DNA of 51,870 nt, from contig CAYZQL010000001.1 of assembly GCA_964480555.1 (NCBI GenBank), positions 1-51,870 on the forward strand. The letters are read 5' to 3'. The notes below the pieces were generated by a model. The model was not told the origin of the DNA. It searched no databases and saw nothing but the letters and a program-made list of their open reading frames with translations. Below are positions 47,178 through 51,870 of the stretch, in pieces. Origin of the DNA: an uncultured Lentisphaeraceae bacterium. GTDB taxonomy: Bacteria; Verrucomicrobiota; Kiritimatiellia; RFP12; UBA1067. The position numbers and the translations under genes are program-made. Within the stretch, counting starts at the first letter, position 1. Each line of letters starts with the position of its first letter.

Positions 47178-47516
47178 TCAGGAAGGCTCAGAGCTTGTCA
47201 AAGCCTTATCAGGGGCGACCATTTGAACCAGCTTCTTTTCGGAAAGATGCATAAGAAAACGGTTGATTTCGTGCTCGGCAGACACTTCATCCACATCATA
47301 CTCTTTGAGCATCGCAACGAGCAGTCCCGCTTTCGTTGCAGGGCTTTCCAGTTTTCTCCAGAACCAAAGAGCCGTCCCATTAAGGCAGAACATCTTCGAC
47401 TCGCCTGCATGAAGCACAATCAAAAAATGCTCCCCGGCAATGGTCCTCAGCACGACGTCGTCTGCTCGGCGATACTGTTTATGGTCCATAAGCGCTGTCG
47501 TCTCCCATTTGGGCAT
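47178..47516 (-). CDS. PqqD-family (RiPP recognition element-like) protein, stand-alone
   Basis: 112 aa. VVLRTIAGEHFLIVLHAGESKMFCLNGTALWFWRKLESPATKAGLLVAMLKEYDVDEVSAEHEINRFLMHLSEKKLV follows the PqqD pattern of a beta-strand block, LN.t...W and a three-helix bundle. Its start is 8 nt after the peptidase stop. Confidence 0.7.
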   Translation of the reverse strand: MPKWETTALMDHKQYRRADDVVLRTIAGEHFLIVLHAGESKMFCLNGTALWFWRKLESPATKAGLLVAMLKEYDVDEVSAEHEINRFLMHLSEKKLVQMVAPDKALTSSEPS

Positions 47517-47524
47517 CCGCCCTG

Positions 47525-49513
47525 CTACGGCGTACGGTACAACTCGATTCTGTAGAAACGCTGGCCCTCTTCGGGCACAAATGGTACCTCAACCGATTTT
47601 ATCGGCCAGTCTCCAGATATGGCGGACCAGGACCAGGCGTCTCCTTTGACCGTGCGCCAAGGCGCTTGAACCCAAGTGTCCTCTCTGAGATCTGGGCTTG
47701 TCATGATGCGATACGTCACCCCGGCAATCGGCTCAAATGAAAGTCCGAAAGCCGGTGCGTCACCTGCCACACCGGATGTTCCTACAAGCGACAGGGACCG
47801 GATGCGAAGCCCACGACTCATGTGGCTTGTCCCGGCCATTACCTCTTGCCAGGTGGGGAAACCGTCATGGTCCGGATCCGTGAGGTCCGCGTAAGCATCA
47901 TCCGTCAACCCTTGTTCGAGAAGCCATGCTGTCGGTGAGCCTCGTGCCGTACGTCCCGGGCGAATAAAGATCGAAGGATCGCCCAGCATGGTCATATGCC
48001 GTAACTTTGCGGACATGCCGTCGCCCAATGCAGCGAACGCACCTTGCCACGCATCGCCCAACCGCAATGCCCCTGCCGCAATCCGAGAACAAAACGCATC
48101 TGAAAAAACAGCCGCCTCCGGCGTCGTCATGTATCCCGCCGCAGACACCACCGCCGCAAAGCCAGAGGACGGATTACGCACGCCGGCTTCGGCGATGGAC
48201 TGCACTTGCGTCCTCAGGTCAAGCAGTGTCCACCGACCCATGCGGCAGCCCAGAAGCAAGGCCACCGGCGCGAAAGGCCAAGTTCCCTGCTGCAACGTTG
48301 TTGCGTTGAAAAGCTTGTTTAGTCCAGAATTACCCGCGATCGTATCGCTCGAGTGCCCTGTAAAATAAAAAAAGCCTGCGCCTTCGTTCAATTCGTAATG
48401 CACGCCCGTCTCATAGTACGTGTCTTTCCAAAGCGAGCCCAAATAACTCTGGTCGGTGGCAGGGAAAAAGGTCTCTGGCACCCAGTCCACCTGGCTGATC
48501 TGTGCAGCGGCGCCCCCTGCGATACCCACAAAGTTTGCATACATTTCGCCGGTGTTCTGCCAGTCTGCCGCGACAACCGCCTTCTGTTTCCATGTCGCGG
48601 TTAGTTCGTAGCGGATGGTTTTGTTGACCATGGCCGTCAATTCATTGGCGTTACGGGCGATGAAACGCCCGACCGCGACTTCCGGCACAGCTCCCCCCGT
48701 CGCATCGCCTAGCCCTTGGTCGTTTGGCAACATCAATGCGGCCGAAGCCGAACCTTCAACTTGCGAGATCAAATACAGCGGGAACAAAGCAGGGTAGAGT
48801 GGCGATTCGTTGAGCCGGAACACCTCTAGCTTATAGTCGCTCCCACCATGCCCGGCAAAGAGCAGGTAGCGCAAGGATCGCTCGGCTCCACTTTTCATGC
48901 CAGCCGAGCAGAACCTCCGGAAGGCCTCTGGGTTCACCAGCCCATCCGTGAAGGCATTGTAAAGTGACTCCGCGTCGATTACACGCGTCTTGAGTCCTTG
49001 CGCATTCCTGAAATCCGACAAAGGCTTCACAGCTGTGGCAAAGCCGTCGATCCACCGCTGCGGGGGAATGACGATCGCCAGTTCCGGCATCGCTTCGGGG
49101 GCAGACCAGTCCGTGTCGCGCACACCACTCACCGCCGGCTCGAAACAGCGCCCCGATGCGGCATCGAACACGGCATAGCGTTCTGTGGCACCTCCGCAGG
49201 CGAACGCCGCACGCCACATTCCATTCGTATCCAGCCGAACCGATGTCTCTAAGAGAAGCGTGGGCGTTTCCGGATCGGCGATATGCCAAACGCAGGGGTT
49301 ATCTGTCAGAAGTCCGTCAACAGCCACCGTCGGCTCTGTGCCACCTGAACAGATTAAGGCCTGGATATCAGCCTTATAGACACGTGGATACGTCACGACC
49401 ACATCCACCAGCATGAAATCCGAAACGGCCGCTGTACCCCACGCATTTCGCACGGACAGCAGAACCGATTCCTCTTTCGCCACGCCCGCCGGAACCGCGT
49501 AGTCAAAGGTCAC
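47525..49513 (-). CDS. C25 (gingipain-like) cysteine peptidase, catalytic and C-terminal segments; same frame as the ORF upstream
   Basis: 662 aa as listed, with a GTG 'start'. C25-like motifs YLLFAGHGGSD and VGRFIARNANEL. His in FTGHSSD (codon 48353..48355) and Cys in LLGCRMG (codon 48245..48247). DPDHDG calcium-repeat-like motif and a C-terminal beta-rich domain. There is no signal peptide and no RBS spacing. Confidence 0.7.
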   Translation of the reverse strand: MTFDYAVPAGVAKEESVLLSVRNAWGTAAVSDFMLVDVVVTYPRVYKADIQALICSGGTEPTVAVDGLLTDNPCVWHIADPETPTLLLETSVRLDTNGMWRAAFACGGATERYAVFDAASGRCFEPAVSGVRDTDWSAPEAMPELAIVIPPQRWIDGFATAVKPLSDFRNAQGLKTRVIDAESLYNAFTDGLVNPEAFRRFCSAGMKSGAERSLRYLLFAGHGGSDYKLEVFRLNESPLYPALFPLYLISQVEGSASAALMLPNDQGLGDATGGAVPEVAVGRFIARNANELTAMVNKTIRYELTATWKQKAVVAADWQNTGEMYANFVGIAGGAAAQISQVDWVPETFFPATDQSYLGSLWKDTYYETGVHYELNEGAGFFYFTGHSSDTIAGNSGLNKLFNATTLQQGTWPFAPVALLLGCRMGRWTLLDLRTQVQSIAEAGVRNPSSGFAAVVSAAGYMTTPEAAVFSDAFCSRIAAGALRLGDAWQGAFAALGDGMSAKLRHMTMLGDPSIFIRPGRTARGSPTAWLLEQGLTDDAYADLTDPDHDGFPTWQEVMAGTSHMSRGLRIRSLSLVGTSGVAGDAPAFGLSFEPIAGVTYRIMTSPDLREDTWVQAPWRTVKGDAWSWSAISGDWPIKSVEVPFVPEEGQRFYRIELYRTP

Positions 49514-49519
49514 AGCCTG

Positions 49520-50254
49520 TTAACCCGACCAGCTGCGCGTTCCGCAACTGGTGCCGTTGATCAGAATTTCGCAGACGTGTTGATCCGGCGTGGTGAACTC
49601 GCGATAGGAGGCAAGCGAGACGCGCACGTTAAGCCCGGTCGCAGCGGCCACACAATACCCCGGCATAAGGAGGGTCCGGCTTTGCGTGCGGACACTTTCT
49701 GATGCTGAGGCAGGCACCCACTCGCCGAAGTTGAGAACATTGGTGAGCGTGCCAGCTGAGCTGCGCCGGTCACGTGGGTCGTAGGGCGCAAGAAAGGCCG
49801 GACGATAAGACTTGGAAAACATGAACCACCCATTTGTTGAAGAATGGCTCACAGGCGCTGCTCCAGCCGTTTTCATCAAAACACCGTGTCCGAAAGCGAG
49901 CCAGTAAACATTTTCTGGGGCAAATAGCTCCTCTGTCGGCACACCGTAAAAATATAAAGCCTCACCATCCGTCATCCATGCGACGGGGCGTTTACGGCAA
50001 CTTAAGGATAAACCGCCGACCGCCAGCGCACTGCGTACCGTGCGCTCACGTTCGCCCGACGCCTTCGCGATCTCTGCCACGGTCACACGGTATACGCCTT
50101 CGTCTCGCACGCCGAGCCTCACACGGTCAGCGGGAAAGCGTTCAGACCATGATACGACACGCTCCCCTACTCCGGTCCAGTGCTGCCCTGCCAAGCCGTT
50201 CACCACAGACACCAATACGGCCGCGACAAGCGCTCTATAATGTAGGCACGCCAT
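49520..50254 (-). CDS. Signal peptide plus N-terminal propeptide-like segment of the same C25-type peptidase; ends at an in-frame TAA
   Basis: 244 aa. Signal MACLHYRALVAAVLVSVVNGLAG. The motifs GVYRVTVAEI, ALYFYG and NVYWL resemble the N-terminal region of C25-family proteins. The TAA at 49520..49522 is in frame with the ORF starting at 49513. Confidence 0.65.
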   Translation of the reverse strand: MACLHYRALVAAVLVSVVNGLAGQHWTGVGERVVSWSERFPADRVRLGVRDEGVYRVTVAEIAKASGERERTVRSALAVGGLSLSCRKRPVAWMTDGEALYFYGVPTEELFAPENVYWLAFGHGVLMKTAGAAPVSHSSTNGWFMFSKSYRPAFLAPYDPRDRRSSAGTLTNVLNFGEWVPASASESVRTQSRTLLMPGYCVAAATGLNVRVSLASYREFTTPDQHVCEILINGTSCGTRSWSG

Positions 50255-50303
50255 TTGTGATTAGGGTACCAAATTACTCTGGGGCAAAATAGCGAAAACG
50301 CGG

Positions 50304-50332
50304 TTACATACTCCGGTCGCTTCATGTATAAT
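50304..50332 (+). promoter_or_regulatory. Sigma-70-like promoter for the rbsD/fucU-like gene
   Basis: TTACAT (50304..50309), a 17-nt spacer, then TATAAT (50327..50332). An AAGGAG RBS at 50344..50349 precedes ATG 50357. Confidence 0.45.
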
Positions 50333-50356
50333 GTCCACAAAAGAAGGAGACCTGCC

Positions 50357-50746
50357 ATGCTCAAAACCGGAATCCTCAACCCCGCTCTGAACAGCCTGTT
50401 AAGTCGAGTGCGCCACACCAATACAGTGGTGATCGCCGACCGAGGGTTCCCCTTTTGGCCCATGATCGAAACCGTGGATCTTGCCCTCGTGGACAACATC
50501 CCCACCGTGCTGGATGTGCTGTGCGCCATCCGGAAAAATTTCGTAATCGGACGCGTCTCGATGGCGGAGGAGTTCATCAAGAACAATACGGCCGAGACAC
50601 AAAACCGCTTCCGCACCGCACTCGAGGGGCTGACGCTTGATATCGAGCCGCATATCACCTTCAAAAAGCGGGTGCCAAACGCGATCGGTCTGATCCGCAC
50701 AGGCGACACGACCCAATATGCCAATGTTATTATCGAATCCGCTTAA
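50357..50746 (+). CDS. RbsD/FucU-family sugar mutarotase (D-ribose pyranase / L-fucose mutarotase)
   Basis: The ORF opens at 50324, but ATG 50357 follows AAGGAG. MLKTGILNPALNSLLSRVRHTNTVVIADRGFPF resembles the RbsD N-terminus. Confidence 0.8.
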   Translation: MLKTGILNPALNSLLSRVRHTNTVVIADRGFPFWPMIETVDLALVDNIPTVLDVLCAIRKNFVIGRVSMAEEFIKNNTAETQNRFRTALEGLTLDIEPHITFKKRVPNAIGLIRTGDTTQYANVIIESA

Positions 50747-50789
50747 CGGATTTGTGGAACACGTCCCATGCGCCAGACGTAGCCAAACG

Positions 50790-51870
50790 TCAGACCATCC
50801 ACGGCGGACGTGAGGAACGCTGTTTCGTTTTTCCGCCTATCACTCCACGCTTAGGGCCGCCACCTTCGTGGTGGTGATCATGCCCGAAGGCGGGCTTTCC
50901 GCTGCGTGCCTTGTGTTTATCGACAGACGGCTGAATAGGCCGTTTCGGGTGATCCCCGGCAGTCGTATCTTGTTGTGGACGGCGATCACGTTCGATGGGC
51001 TGATCCTGGCGCGACGAACGCTCACTGACGTCCTTCTTGCCGTGCTCAATCCGGAAATCCGACTGGCGACGTCCTTGGGAACCGCCTCCACGAGGCTGTG
51101 AGCGTCCGGCATTGGCCGGATGGCCACCCTGACGGCGTTTACCCTGAGCCCATGACGGGCGGGGCAATGAATCGGGCACGCCTTTACCTGCGGCTCTTTC
51201 AGCCCTTTCGGAGCGGAACTCGTGCGCGCTGTCAATTTCAATTCCTTTTTTGATCAGCCGCTCGATCGCCCGCAGCAACCCACGTTCCTCCGCGCTGACA
51301 AAAGAAATGGCTGCACCCGATGCACCGGCACGGGCAGTGCGCCCGATGCGGTGCACATACGATTCTGTCTCTTCGGGCAGATCAAAGTTGATGACATGCG
51401 TAATGCCATCCACGTCAATTCCACGCGATGCGATATCTGTCGCAACCAACACGCGCACATTTCCTTTACGGAACGCGTTCATTGCATCGGTGCGTGCCCG
51501 TTGCGTCTTGTCGCTGTGGATCGCTTCGGCACGGATGCCGACTTGCTGGAGTTTCCGCTCGATGCGGTCCGAGCCGTGGCGAGTCCGCGCGAAAACAATC
51601 ACCTTCTCCATCTCAGGGCGTGTGGTCAAGAGCTGGATCAACAGGCTGTCCTTGTTCGGCTTGTCCACAAACATGATCTTCTGGTTGATCTTGTCGACAG
51701 TCGGTTGATCGGGAGAGATCGTGACATGCGCCGGGTTCTTGACGATCGACATCGCGAGACGCATCACGTCCGGCGAAAGCGTGGCAGAAAAGAACTGCGT
51801 GTGGCGCTCTTCCGGCAACGCGGCGAGAATCCGCTTGATATCGGGCAGGAACCCCATATCTAACATACGG
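50790..51870 (-). CDS. DEAD-box ATP-dependent RNA helicase, partial (the N-terminus lies beyond the window end)
   Basis: The frame is open to the window edge (..R-MLDMGF, i.e. just after the DEAD box). Motifs SAT, VFARTRHG, ATDIASRGIDV and HRIGRTARAG, followed by an Arg/Gly/Gln-rich basic tail. Confidence 0.9.
   Translation of the reverse strand, partial: RMLDMGFLPDIKRILAALPEERHTQFFSATLSPDVMRLAMSIVKNPAHVTISPDQPTVDKINQKIMFVDKPNKDSLLIQLLTTRPEMEKVIVFARTRHGSDRIERKLQQVGIRAEAIHSDKTQRARTDAMNAFRKGNVRVLVATDIASRGIDVDGITHVINFDLPEETESYVHRIGRTARAGASGAAISFVSAEERGLLRAIERLIKKGIEIDSAHEFRSERAERAAGKGVPDSLPRPSWAQGKRRQGGHPANAGRSQPRGGGSQGRRQSDFRIEHGKKDVSERSSRQDQPIERDRRPQQDTTAGDHPKRPIQPSVDKHKARSGKPAFGHDHHHEGGGPKRGVIGGKTKQRSSRPPWMV

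Noticed and set aside
1-51870. CRISPR arrays, tRNA/rRNA/tmRNA genes, prophage or integrase genes, and toxin-antitoxin or restriction-modification-type defence genes.
   Set aside because: Reading both strands, I saw no regularly spaced direct repeats, no cloverleaf-capable intergenic segments (all spacers are under 155 nt and were examined), and no such protein families in the ORF set. This was a visual scan, not tRNAscan or Infernal, so small RNAs could have been missed.

Overview
51.9-kb gene-dense chromosomal segment, about 55-60 % GC by eye. I count about 44 protein-coding genes. I saw no rRNA, tRNA or CRISPR array. Most genes are housekeeping: gltX, asnS, cysS, hemB, argC, nadB, queA, aroQ, tmk, holB, ispF, zwf, parB, clpC and a DEAD-box helicase. 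Carbohydrate and envelope genes are interleaved with them: a TRAP transporter, a heparinase II/III-like lyase, a two-domain GT2, rhaA plus a class II aldolase, an FAD oxidoreductase with a CBM-like N-domain, RbsD/FucU, a PfkB kinase, LysM lipoproteins and a TolC/HlyD/ABC efflux operon. The window starts inside the 3' end of an ISKra4-like transposase gene. The gene content suggests a PVC-superphylum organism (Kiritimatiellota/Verrucomicrobiota-like), but I cannot verify that without a search. I did not find a recognisable defence island, prophage or other obvious novel multi-gene system. The least ordinary stretch is 42.8-50.3 kb on the minus strand. It holds a gingipain-like (C25) peptidase reading frame interrupted by one in-frame TAA, then an orphan PqqD/RRE-like gene whose stop overlaps a 21-codon ORF, then mcsA-mcsB-clpC with no ctsR. 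Other items worth a look are an 804-aa secreted protein of unknown function wedged between a TRAP operon and asnS, a two-domain GT2 co-transcribed with a heparinase-like lyase, and a LysM lipoprotein cluster. All functional calls come from reading the supplied translations by eye. No database search was run.
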